DNA of 37,238 nt from the sequence record SRR2962707_3290. The stretch is one strand, 5' to 3'. How positions within the stretch are numbered: the stretch's first letter is position 1; the number at the start of each line of letters is the position of its first letter. The position numbers were made by a program, and so were the translations under genes. This document shows, piece after piece, positions 1-8,847 of this stretch. The notes beneath the pieces were generated by a model that worked only from the letters and a program-made list of their open reading frames with translations, was not told where the DNA came from and ran no database searches.

Positions 1-340
1 CAATTACGACATGTACCTGCTCGGCTGGTCACCCGGAACCTTCGATGCAGAGCACCCCATTCGCTTTCTGGCACATACCCCGACAGACACGTTGGGCACG
101 TGGAATTTCGGCGGCTATTCCAACGCACGTATCGATGAGCTGTTGCCCATGGTGCAGTCCGAACTCGATACGGCCACCCGTCAGGCCATGCTCGACGAGA
201 TCGCGGGGATCCTCCAGGAAGAGGTTGCCTATGTGCCTCTCTATGAAGAACCATTGATCTGGGCGGCTCGCCCCGGAATTTCCGTAGTCCAGCGCCCCGA
301 CAATTTCTTCATGCTGCGCTGGGTGACCATCGACCGTTAA
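1..340 (+). CDS. C-terminal part of ABC peptide/nickel-family (DppA/OppA-like) substrate-binding protein, truncated by window start
   Basis: Typical family-5 SBP C-terminus (WNFGGYSNARIDELL...RQAML...YVPLY); stop TAA at 338-340. Confidence 0.85.
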   Translation, partial: NYDMYLLGWSPGTFDAEHPIRFLAHTPTDTLGTWNFGGYSNARIDELLPMVQSELDTATRQAMLDEIAGILQEEVAYVPLYEEPLIWAARPGISVVQRPDNFFMLRWVTIDR

Positions 341-360
341 GGCTGAGGGCCCCAAGGTGC

Positions 361-1104
361 CTATGTTCGGGCAAGAATATGGGAGCTGGCAAAGCTCTCG
401 ACACGCAGGATGTGGTCAATAACGATAGACCGCATGCGATGAACATTGGCCAGTGAGGCGGCCTCGGCCGCATCGGCCTGGTTTGCTTGTAACGCTTCGA
501 TCAATGGTCGAAAGTCGCGCCGGAAATCAATCGGCGTCTGCGAATAGTGGCGCCGCGCCGCCACCACTCTGTCCAACCGTTCAGTGACCTGTTGCGTCAA
601 TGAAATCGCATAGGAGTTGTTCGATGCGAGCCGGATGGTGCGCAGAATTTCGCCGCTGGCCAAGAGTACCCGGTGTTCATCCTCTTCGTTCTGCGGAGCA
701 TGGGCTGGAAATGCGGTTTCGGACAGCTCGATCAACCGTCCATAAACCTCGGCAATACGCCCGCAGCTCATACGCGCCAGTCGCGGCGAAATCGCCTCGG
801 ACAGATCATAGAGTTCGATGACATCCTTCACTGTGATTCCGTCGATCCGGTACCCCTTGTTTGGTGCCGACGTCACCCAGTTCCCCGCGACCAACCGCTC
901 CATCGCAGCGCGGATTGCCGATAGGCCGAGCCCGGTATGGGTCATGAGTTGCTGGGTCGAGAGCAGTTCGCCCGGCGACAATATGCAGTCGATAATGTCT
1001 GCCTTGAGCAGAAGAAAAGCTTTGTCGGCCAACGTCTTGGATGAAGCTGCCTGCGCCCGCGCGTTGAGGGCAGTGGGAACGCTGTAGCCGGAGTGATTGT
1101 CCAT
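361..1104 (-). CDS. GntR family (FCD-type) transcriptional regulator
   Basis: wHTH pattern LKADIIDCILSPGELL...SAIRAAMERLVAGNWV..PNKGYRI plus helical C-domain; start uncertain (ATG at 1104, 1131 or 1200); divergent from the M24 gene. Confidence 0.8.
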   Translation of the reverse strand: MDNHSGYSVPTALNARAQAASSKTLADKAFLLLKADIIDCILSPGELLSTQQLMTHTGLGLSAIRAAMERLVAGNWVTSAPNKGYRIDGITVKDVIELYDLSEAISPRLARMSCGRIAEVYGRLIELSETAFPAHAPQNEEDEHRVLLASGEILRTIRLASNNSYAISLTQQVTERLDRVVAARRHYSQTPIDFRRDFRPLIEALQANQADAAEAASLANVHRMRSIVIDHILRVESFASSHILART

Positions 1105-1216
1105 TGGAGCGGAAAAGTCCTTTTGCTGCATCGTCGCAATTAGCAAAACGCCGCCGGATTGAAAAGAGGCGGCATTGCCGCGGGTGCCCCTTGAGGACAT
1201 AGTAACATTTTACTGT

Positions 1217-1231
1217 TGCAATTAAATAGCA
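1217..1231. promoter_or_regulatory. Imperfect AT-rich palindrome TGCAATTAAATAGCA, candidate GntR operator
   Basis: Lies in the divergent gntR/M24 intergenic region; TTGACA on the minus strand at 1240-1245. Confidence 0.35.
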
Positions 1232-1272
1232 CAATGATATGTCAAAGGCGAACCGCAAAGAGGAGACCTAGG

Positions 1273-2517
1273 GTGACGGCTTTTTCCAGCCCCGCAGCCA
1301 TCGATCAAGAGCGCAACTACCGTTGGAGCCGTGCGCGCCAGTTCATGGAAGAAAACGATCTCGATGCGCTTCTGATCTTCGGGTCCGACCGTAGCGATCG
1401 CTATGATGCGGGGCAGTACCTGACCTTTGATCGGCGCTACCAGCATTTGATTTTTCCCCGCGAGGGTGAGCCGGTAATGATCGCTTTCGCGGCGCAGGTT
1501 GCAACGCAGAACATGGTCGCACGCGAGCGCGGGCACGAGAGTTGGATCGCCGATATCCGTACCGGAGCAGTCACCCAGCTTGGGCCGCAAGTCATAAAAG
1601 AAAAGGGCCTGGCCAGAGGTCGGATCGGTGTGATCGGTGCGGGCTGGGGCGGCCCCTTTTTCCGGTACGGCTGGGTTCCCAAGGATGCTTGGGAGGCGGT
1701 GCAGGCAGGGCTTCCTAACGCGACGCTTGTTCCGGTAACGCAGGAGTACGGGCTGGTCATGGCGCAAAAGAGCAAGGCCGACCTGGCCCATCTGCGTCGG
1801 GCCTCGGAGGCAGGCGATGTCGCCATCCGCGCAATGATGGACGTCGCACGGCCCGGCGCGAGCGAAACCGAGATATACGCAGCCGGCTACGCAGCTCAGC
1901 TCAAACTCGGGATGCGCGTTACGTGGATGCTCTTCCAGACCGGCTATGAAAATCCATCCTGGGGTGAGCCCACTTGGCTCATCAGAGGTCACGCGCCGCG
2001 CGTCCTTCAAGCCGACGACATGGTGGGCGCGGAGATATTCCCCAATTTCGCAGAGCTCAATACCCACGTGAATATGAGCTTCACGTTGGGGAAGGTTCCC
2101 GACCAGACGCGACGGTGCCACGACATCGCCCGCGAAAGCTACGAAATCGGGTTGAGCATGCTGCGACCCGGTGCCAGTTTCCGGGAAATCTTCGAAGCGA
2201 TGGAAGAGCCCACGCGGCGCAATGGCGCCTGGCACCTGACTCCGCAGATCGCTGCACTTAATCCTCTGCTTGGTGGCGGCCCGTCCGCTGATGGAATTCG
2301 CGACCAATTACCCGACATGGCCGCAAAATATCCTTTTGTTGAAGGTGGCGAGCGAATGCCCTTCGACTACGAAATCAGCGAAGGGATGTCGTTCTCACTC
2401 CAGCCCGACTGCCGGTTCGGCCGTCATTGGTCTCTTATCGGCGGCGTGGTTGCGGTGACCGCAGACGGCGCGCAAGCCTACAATACGCTATCCACAAAGA
2501 TGAATCACATCGGGTGA
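1273..2517 (+). CDS. M24 (Xaa-Pro peptidase/creatinase fold) protein with degenerate metal ligands
   Basis: Creatinase-like N-domain (RWSRARQFMEENDLDALLIFG), 'KSKADL..LRRAS', 'RPGASETEI'; GTG start at 1273 after AGGAG (1261-1265). Confidence 0.8.
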   Translation: MTAFSSPAAIDQERNYRWSRARQFMEENDLDALLIFGSDRSDRYDAGQYLTFDRRYQHLIFPREGEPVMIAFAAQVATQNMVARERGHESWIADIRTGAVTQLGPQVIKEKGLARGRIGVIGAGWGGPFFRYGWVPKDAWEAVQAGLPNATLVPVTQEYGLVMAQKSKADLAHLRRASEAGDVAIRAMMDVARPGASETEIYAAGYAAQLKLGMRVTWMLFQTGYENPSWGEPTWLIRGHAPRVLQADDMVGAEIFPNFAELNTHVNMSFTLGKVPDQTRRCHDIARESYEIGLSMLRPGASFREIFEAMEEPTRRNGAWHLTPQIAALNPLLGGGPSADGIRDQLPDMAAKYPFVEGGERMPFDYEISEGMSFSLQPDCRFGRHWSLIGGVVAVTADGAQAYNTLSTKMNHIG

Positions 2518-2630
2518 GCAGCAGAGCAAGGACGCATGTCTTGCAACCCCTGGCAGTTGAGGGACTGCCATCAAAGGCCATGGCGCTGCACGGTGCCCTG
2601 GTTGGCTTCGACATCAAAGAGAGGACCATC

Positions 2631-3686
2631 ATGACCATCCATCGATTGAAACTTTCATTGGCCAGCGCGAGCATTCTGATTCTGGCCTCTTTGGCTGGAA
2701 CGCCGGCGTTGTCCCAGTCCGACTTGCCGGACGGAGTCAGTGCCCTGCTCGACGCCGCAGAGGCCGAAGGCACGGTTTCGATTTTCGTAAGCTCAGACGC
2801 CCGCACAGCCGAAGACGAAGCGCGACTGGAAGATGGCATTCTCAATGACTTGGGGATCGGCATCGATATTCGGCTGGTCAGCGGCGCTCCCGATCCCGTT
2901 TACATTCAGCAATTGGTGCAACAGCACAATGCTGGGGTTGAGGTTCCCGTCGATCTGTTTGTAACGGTCCCCACCCTGCTCGGCATCCTCAACGACGCGG
3001 GCGCCATCGCTGCGACCGATTGGGTCGCCCTTGACGCGAAGCACGACGAGATAGCGCAACAGGTACACGGCCTGTTCGTTGCTGAATTTGCTCGCCCCAT
3101 TTTTTACAATACCGACCTTCTCGATCCTGACGACGTGCCGACCAGCCTTGATGAGCTGCTGTCCGAAGAATGGACAGGCAAGATTGTGACTGCCGCTTTA
3201 CCAGACGTTTTTTCGCCCTGGGCCATGGGCCTCGGCCAGGAAGCGACACTCGACATGGTCGAAACCCTGTTTTCGGACCTGCGTGTTGGCATTGCGCCCG
3301 CTCCTACCGCCATCCGGACACTTGTCGAGAGCGGCGAGTACCCGATCGGTTTCGGCATCCGCATTTCCGCCGATCAGGTCGCGAACAACTCGCCGGTCGC
3401 CTACGTGCCGATCAAGGCCCCACTGGTGCCGCGCTTCGCTGGAGTTCTTGAACACTCAAATCACAAGAATGCGGCGACCGTTGTTGCATGGTGGCTATCC
3501 CAGACTGAGGGCGGCCAGGCACTGTCGGCCGAAGTGCTCGATTGGCCCCGCCACACGATGCCAGGAACCGACCTCTACGAGATGTCGGTCCTGACCGACG
3601 GAGTCTATTCGGCTCCGGCCGGTTGGTGGATGAATGAGGGTGTTGAGGCGGGCAATGCCATCGCCCGGCTTCTTCAGGATCTTTAG
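2631..3686 (+). CDS. ABC substrate-binding protein, Fe3+/thiamine/polyamine (AfuA/FbpA-like) class
   Basis: Sec signal peptide, 'AAEAEGTVSIF', 'FYNTDLL...P.SLDELL..EW.GKI'; GAGAGG RBS. Confidence 0.8.
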   Translation: MTIHRLKLSLASASILILASLAGTPALSQSDLPDGVSALLDAAEAEGTVSIFVSSDARTAEDEARLEDGILNDLGIGIDIRLVSGAPDPVYIQQLVQQHNAGVEVPVDLFVTVPTLLGILNDAGAIAATDWVALDAKHDEIAQQVHGLFVAEFARPIFYNTDLLDPDDVPTSLDELLSEEWTGKIVTAALPDVFSPWAMGLGQEATLDMVETLFSDLRVGIAPAPTAIRTLVESGEYPIGFGIRISADQVANNSPVAYVPIKAPLVPRFAGVLEHSNHKNAATVVAWWLSQTEGGQALSAEVLDWPRHTMPGTDLYEMSVLTDGVYSAPAGWWMNEGVEAGNAIARLLQDL

Positions 3687-3694
3687 CTCGAACT

Positions 3695-3729
3695 GGGTGA
3701 CAGGTCGAAAGCATTTCCGCCTGTCACCC
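3695..3729 (+). other. Intergenic stem-loop after SBP gene
   Basis: GGGTGACAGG / CCTGTCACCC perfect 10-bp stem, no U tract. Confidence 0.55.
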
Positions 3730-3741
3730 CAAGGAAACACC

Positions 3742-5457
3742 ATGCCCCAATCGACAGGCCCGGCGTCCATGATCACGGCACGCCGGAGTGACCCACTCAA
3801 CACGGTGGTAATGGTGCTCGCTATCACTGCGGTCGTATTGCTGCTGCTGCCCATCGCCGGTTTGATCCTGAGCAGTTTCCTTTCTGACGAAACGAAGACG
3901 TTCGGGTTGGCCAATTATCAGTCGATCATCGGCTCGCGCAAATTTGCGACAGTCATTGCCAACACCGCCGTTCTGGCCGTCGGCAGCCTTGCCGTAATGT
4001 TCGTGATCGCCATTCCGCTCGCTTGGCTATACGCGCGCACAAATTTTCGCTGGCGCGGCGCCATCCTGGTGGCTGCAACCAGCCAGATCGCTGTTCCCGG
4101 CTTTCTTGTCGCTCTGGGTTATATCTTCTTGCTCAATCCCTCCAACGGTCTCGTCAATCTTTGGTGGCAGGAGGTGAGCGGCCAAGGCGCTCTGGTAAAC
4201 ATCTACTCGATGCCTTGGATCATAGTCTTGCAGGGCCTCACCATGGTTGGCCCGGCCTTCTATTTTCTCGCCCCCGCGTTTTCCAGCGTAGATGGGGCGA
4301 TGGAGGAGGCGGCGAGTGCTCATGGAATCAGCAAGTCCGACGCCCTGTTCAGGATTTTGCTTCCGATGACCGCTCCCGCTTTGATCAGCACTGGCCTGTT
4401 TTTCCTCGTTATCTCCGTCGAAACCTTCGACTATGCCGGCATGCTGGGCATGCCGGCGCGCATCGATGTGATCGCCACATGGATATATCAATACACTCAA
4501 TCTGCCATGACCTTGCCCCAATATGGGCATGCCTCGGCCATAGGGACGATGACGGCAGCGGTCCTGTTGGCGCTAATTGTTGTGCAAATGCTGGTCTTTA
4601 AACGCAGCGCAGACGCCGGAACGATTGGTGGCCGGGCTCGTGTTGCTTCGGTACGGCTGGGCTCGAAGGCCCAGATTGCCTCGACTATCGGCTTGGCGAT
4701 CTACGCGTTTTTGGGCATCGGCCTGCCGTTCCTGATGTTGGTTTGGACAGCACTGCTTCCGGTCCCACAGCCACCAAGCCTGGATGCAATATCAAAGCTG
4801 TCGCTGGCCGGTTTCGGATCGCAGTTCTGGGCTGAACTGGCAAACGTCGGGACGACGACGGTGTTCATCACACTTTTCGTCCCCACATGCGTGTTGCTGT
4901 TCACCATTTCAATGTCATGGGTATCGGGCCGCATGCCCGCCATGGGCAGGACAATCGACCTCGTCACGATAGTCAGCCTGGCTGTGCCCTCGATCGTTAT
5001 TGCCGTCGTGTTCAATATCGGCGGACTGACAGTGCATCGCTATGTGCCCATATTCGGAACTGTCTGGCTGCTGGTCATCGCGATCGGCACAAGATATGTC
5101 GCAACGGCGCACAGAATCACCGAAAATGCGTTCCGGCAACTGAACCCCGAGATGGCCGAATATGCTCGCACGGCGGGGATCACATCCAGCCGGACCTTGG
5201 TGTCCATAGCGATCCCTGCAGCGCGAACCGGGTTGGTCTTCGCCTGGTTCTGGGTCGCTCTTCTGACGCTGCGCGAGCTGCCGATCACGCTGATCATGAG
5301 CAACTACGACCTACAAACGCTGGCCTCGCGTATCTTCCTTTACAACAGCTCAGGTCAGACCCAGCAGTCTGCCGCGCTTTCGCTGGCGCTCTTTGCCATC
5401 GTCGCTGTTTTTCTCGCTGGCTTCCTCTACCTCACGCGGCGCCCGGTCGCCCGCTAA
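3742..5457 (+). CDS. ABC permease, fused double-domain FbpB-like
   Basis: Many hydrophobic segments and two EAA loops (MEEAASAHG; MAEYARTAG); AAGGAA RBS. Confidence 0.88.
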   Translation: MPQSTGPASMITARRSDPLNTVVMVLAITAVVLLLLPIAGLILSSFLSDETKTFGLANYQSIIGSRKFATVIANTAVLAVGSLAVMFVIAIPLAWLYARTNFRWRGAILVAATSQIAVPGFLVALGYIFLLNPSNGLVNLWWQEVSGQGALVNIYSMPWIIVLQGLTMVGPAFYFLAPAFSSVDGAMEEAASAHGISKSDALFRILLPMTAPALISTGLFFLVISVETFDYAGMLGMPARIDVIATWIYQYTQSAMTLPQYGHASAIGTMTAAVLLALIVVQMLVFKRSADAGTIGGRARVASVRLGSKAQIASTIGLAIYAFLGIGLPFLMLVWTALLPVPQPPSLDAISKLSLAGFGSQFWAELANVGTTTVFITLFVPTCVLLFTISMSWVSGRMPAMGRTIDLVTIVSLAVPSIVIAVVFNIGGLTVHRYVPIFGTVWLLVIAIGTRYVATAHRITENAFRQLNPEMAEYARTAGITSSRTLVSIAIPAARTGLVFAWFWVALLTLRELPITLIMSNYDLQTLASRIFLYNSSGQTQQSAALSLALFAIVAVFLAGFLYLTRRPVAR

Positions 5458-5476
5458 TGAACGGTCCAACACATCC

Positions 5477-6553
5477 ATGACTGCTATTACCCTGGCGAAA
5501 ATCGAGAAAAGATTTGGCGGCCCACGCGGTGTTCTCGTGCTCAACGACCTCGACCTGGCGGTAAAGGAAGGAGAGTCCTACGTTCTGCTCGGGCAGTCAG
5601 GTTGCGGCAAGACAACTACGCTTCGCATGATGGCGGGCCTGGAAGTGCCCACCGGCGGCGAAATGGGTTTCAGCGGAACCCCTGTTTATTCGCAACGCGA
5701 GCGACTCTGGCTTCCCCCTGAACGCCGCCCCATCGGCATGGTGTTCCAGTCCTATGCCCTCTGGCCAACCATGACGGTCAGGCAAAATGTCCGCTTCACC
5801 CTTGAGCGCGGGCGAACACGGCTATCACGCCCCGAAGCGGACACGCGCACCAGGGACACACTTGAGATGATGCAGATCGGTCATTTGGCCGATCGTCGCA
5901 TTACCCAACTGTCAGGAGGACAACAGCAGCGCGTCGCGCTTGCGCGGGCCATCGCCCAGCGGCCCAGTATATTGCTGATGGACGAACCCCTGTCCAATCT
6001 GGATCCGCAGTTGCGCTCCGACGTCCGTGGCGAAATCCGCCGCCTCTGCAAATCCTTGGGAACGACGGCGGTGATCGTTACCCATGACCGGGACGACGCG
6101 CTTGGCCTCGCCGATCGGGTTGGAGTGATGGAAGGCGGCAAGATCCTGCAGCAGGCGGCGCCATCGGAAGTGATGGGCGCCCCGAGCTCGCTGTTCATCG
6201 CCCGATTGTTCGGAGAGATGAACACATTGGGGGGCCAGGTCGCTTCGCTCAAGGGTGAAGATGCCGTTGTTGCTTGCACGGGTGGTGGCCGGTTTTCCGT
6301 GAAACGGGCGGCATGGATGAAAGAGGGGCAATTGGTCGTCCTCGGCGCCCGCCCGGCAAGCCAGTTCTTCGCGTCCGAAGGCGTGCCGGGAACGATCGTC
6401 GAGAGCCATCTGGAAGCTCAAATGCATCGCAACAAGGTCGATGTTGGGGATGCAGTGATGACGATCTACCACGAAGGCGATGCATTGCCGGTTGGCGAAC
6501 GCGTTAACATCGCAACCAAGCCTCAAGGCTGGATGCCGTTTCAGGCCCGTTGA
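5477..6553 (+). CDS. ABC ATP-binding protein (FbpC/PotA-like)
   Basis: Walker A GQSGCGKT, LSGGQQQR, LLMDEP, H-loop VTHD, C-terminal TOBE-like region. Confidence 0.92.
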   Translation: MTAITLAKIEKRFGGPRGVLVLNDLDLAVKEGESYVLLGQSGCGKTTTLRMMAGLEVPTGGEMGFSGTPVYSQRERLWLPPERRPIGMVFQSYALWPTMTVRQNVRFTLERGRTRLSRPEADTRTRDTLEMMQIGHLADRRITQLSGGQQQRVALARAIAQRPSILLMDEPLSNLDPQLRSDVRGEIRRLCKSLGTTAVIVTHDRDDALGLADRVGVMEGGKILQQAAPSEVMGAPSSLFIARLFGEMNTLGGQVASLKGEDAVVACTGGGRFSVKRAAWMKEGQLVVLGARPASQFFASEGVPGTIVESHLEAQMHRNKVDVGDAVMTIYHEGDALPVGERVNIATKPQGWMPFQAR

Positions 6554-6563
6554 TCGCGGGTCG

Positions 6564-7166
6564 CTATTTGTAGGTGTAGCCGAAAGACAGGTCGAACGCT
6601 GTTTCGGACAGCGGGTGGTTCTGGACAACAGCGTTCTTGAGCCACAACCGCCCATGAACTTGCGTGGACGCGAAGTCCGCTTCATGCTCGAAATGGGCCT
6701 GATTGGCCCACAGGCCGCCCAAAAGCTCGGCGCCGGTAAACTCGATCGGGGCCTTTATCCGCACAGCGTCGAAGGCAAAATTGCCGTAGCTGGTGATGGC
6801 CGAGAAGTCCCCGCCAGCATCGAGGTGCGCGCCATCGAAACGGGCAATGCCGCGAAACTCGGCACCCGAAAAAACAGCGGGCCCGGCAAAGCGGCTGCCA
6901 TCGAAGCGGGCATCATTGAGAAACATGGAGCGGATGAAATCGGTCGCGTCATCGAACCTCACCCCGGTGAACCAGCTCAACCCCTCCAGCCGTGCGCCGC
7001 TGAAATCGACTGGCGCGCGAAAGCGCGTTCCGCTCAGATCGAACCCGGACAGCACGCATCCGGAAAGATCGAGCGGCTCCGCGATATCGAGGTCGCGAAG
7101 ATCATGGGCTTCGCCGTGGCGCCATGGCGTGAGCAGGCGTTCGCGGATATCGGCGGCGGATGTCAT
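6564..7166 (-). CDS. Pentapeptide-repeat (beta-helix) protein
   Basis: About 11-residue periodic F-x-G-A-x-F repeats (DFSGARL, RFDGSRF, VFSGAEF, RFDGAHL, EFTGAEL); ATGA overlap with the flavodoxin stop. Confidence 0.8.
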   Translation of the reverse strand: MTSAADIRERLLTPWRHGEAHDLRDLDIAEPLDLSGCVLSGFDLSGTRFRAPVDFSGARLEGLSWFTGVRFDDATDFIRSMFLNDARFDGSRFAGPAVFSGAEFRGIARFDGAHLDAGGDFSAITSYGNFAFDAVRIKAPIEFTGAELLGGLWANQAHFEHEADFASTQVHGRLWLKNAVVQNHPLSETAFDLSFGYTYK

Positions 7167-7627
7167 GCTGCCTCCTCGCGACGCGCCTCCATCTGGCGCA
7201 CGACGTCTTCCGCCCACGGCAACGCCAAATCCTCGGGCATATCGCTGCCCGAGGCGTCGTGGGTGATGCGCTCGCCGACCTGTTGCGCGCCGGCCGAGGT
7301 CATCAACTCTTCGAGGCGCTTGCCACCGAAGTTGTAGGTTTCGGGATATTCGCTATCGCCCATGCCGAACACCGCGAAGGTGATAGACGAGAGATCGGGC
7401 TGCGCGTCGGCCATCTTTTCGCCGAACGGGATGGCCGAAGCGGGCAAGTCCCCATCGCCATATGTCGAGGTGACGAGAATGTAGAAATTGTCGGCGTCGA
7501 ACGCGTCGGGTGCGAAATCGCTCAAATTGGTCACCTCCACCTCGTGGTCGGCAAGGTGAGCGGCGATGTCTTCGGCCAACATTTCGGCATTGCCGGTTTC
7601 GGTTCCGTAGAGGATGGCGATCTTCAT
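7163..7627 (-). CDS. Short-chain flavodoxin (MioC/cindoxin-like)
   Basis: FMN loops YGTETGNAE, TSTYGDGD, GMGDSEY; very acidic; TGATG overlap with the reductase. Confidence 0.92.
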   Translation of the reverse strand: MKIAILYGTETGNAEMLAEDIAAHLADHEVEVTNLSDFAPDAFDADNFYILVTSTYGDGDLPASAIPFGEKMADAQPDLSSITFAVFGMGDSEYPETYNFGGKRLEELMTSAGAQQVGERITHDASGSDMPEDLALPWAEDVVRQMEARREEAA

Positions 7628-8847
7628 CACTGCATTCCTTTCTGGCGTGCAAGGTCGAGCATCTGGTTGCGGCCGCGAATCTTGATGCGGCACCGGTCGG
7701 CTGGGCAGTCGGTGCGCTCGGCGGCATCGATGCGCTGCCAGCCGTGATAGTCGGTGGCGTGGGGTACTAGCTGAGCAAGGCCATCGCGGCCGGGCCGCGC
7801 TGACCGGACGGAAGCCAGGGCAGCGGCAATGCGGGCGGCGACGGCCTGGGCGTCGGCGCGATTTTCGGGAATGGTGCCGCGAGGCCCGCGGCGGAACCAG
7901 CCGGTTGCATAAAGACCGGGCTCGATGAACCCATCTTCGGAAGCTTCGGGCGAGGGGACATCCTCACTGCCGGCAAAGCCGATGGCGGTCAAAAGACTGT
8001 CGCACGGCAAGACAAGCGTTTCTCCCGAACCGTCAGTCGCCGTGAAATGCGCCTCTTGAAGCTGTTGGTCGCCGGTCAGCCTGGCTGGTGTCCAGCCAAA
8101 GCGGAAGGTTATGGTTTTTTGCGCATCCTGGGGATCATGGCCGTCTATGGCGGCAAGTGCCTCGACGACTTTTCCCTCTCCGGCGGCTGAGACGACCTTT
8201 ATGCGGGCATCGGTCAGCTTGGCGAGCTCGCGCAGCATGACGGGATCGAATTTCGCCACACCAGCCGGGGAACGGCCGATGATGTCGATGCTCTCCACAC
8301 TGGCGCTGCGAAAGCCATTAAGATGGTGGCCGCCCAGATCGGAGCCTTCGAACTCGCCATCGACTTTGGCAAGGATGCGGACCAGATCGATGGCGACATT
8401 GCCATTACCGATAATGACCGCCTTGCGACCTAGTCCGATCGCGTCATTTTCAGTGTCGGGATGGTCGTTCCAATACCGGGTAATGCGTCCCGCGCCGATC
8501 ACGCCGGGAAGGTCCTCGCCCTCGATACCCAAGGCGCGATCCTGCGACAGGCCAGTGGCCAGGACCACAGCGTCATATTGCGCGCGCAGATCGGCGAGTG
8601 CGATGTCGCGCCCCAGGGCGACATTGCCAAAAAAGCCCACGCCGCTGCGCTCGAAGAGACGTTCGAACTGACGTGTCACGGTCTTGGTGCCCTGATGGTC
8701 CGGGGCAACGCCATATCGGATCAAGCCGTAAGGGACCGGCAGACGGTCGATGATATCGATGCAGGCTTCGGGCAGCGCCTTGCCGAGAGCTTGTGCTGTG
8801 TAACAGCCCGACGGGCCGGCGCCGACGATGGCGATGGACGGCATCAT
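7627..8847 (-). CDS. Flavodoxin/ferredoxin-NADP+ reductase, adrenodoxin reductase (FprA) family
   Basis: IAIVGAGPSG, GLIRYGVAPDH, IIGNGNVAID, GWFRRGPRGTI; ATGA overlap with the ALDH stop. Confidence 0.9.
   Translation of the reverse strand: MMPSIAIVGAGPSGCYTAQALGKALPEACIDIIDRLPVPYGLIRYGVAPDHQGTKTVTRQFERLFERSGVGFFGNVALGRDIALADLRAQYDAVVLATGLSQDRALGIEGEDLPGVIGAGRITRYWNDHPDTENDAIGLGRKAVIIGNGNVAIDLVRILAKVDGEFEGSDLGGHHLNGFRSASVESIDIIGRSPAGVAKFDPVMLRELAKLTDARIKVVSAAGEGKVVEALAAIDGHDPQDAQKTITFRFGWTPARLTGDQQLQEAHFTATDGSGETLVLPCDSLLTAIGFAGSEDVPSPEASEDGFIEPGLYATGWFRRGPRGTIPENRADAQAVAARIAAALASVRSARPGRDGLAQLVPHATDYHGWQRIDAAERTDCPADRCRIKIRGRNQMLDLARQKGMQ

Noticed and set aside
2631-6553. Ferric iron transporter call
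   Set aside because: Family resemblance only; no obvious tandem Tyr ligands or Fur/Irr box seen, and it is co-transcribed with an enzyme under GntR
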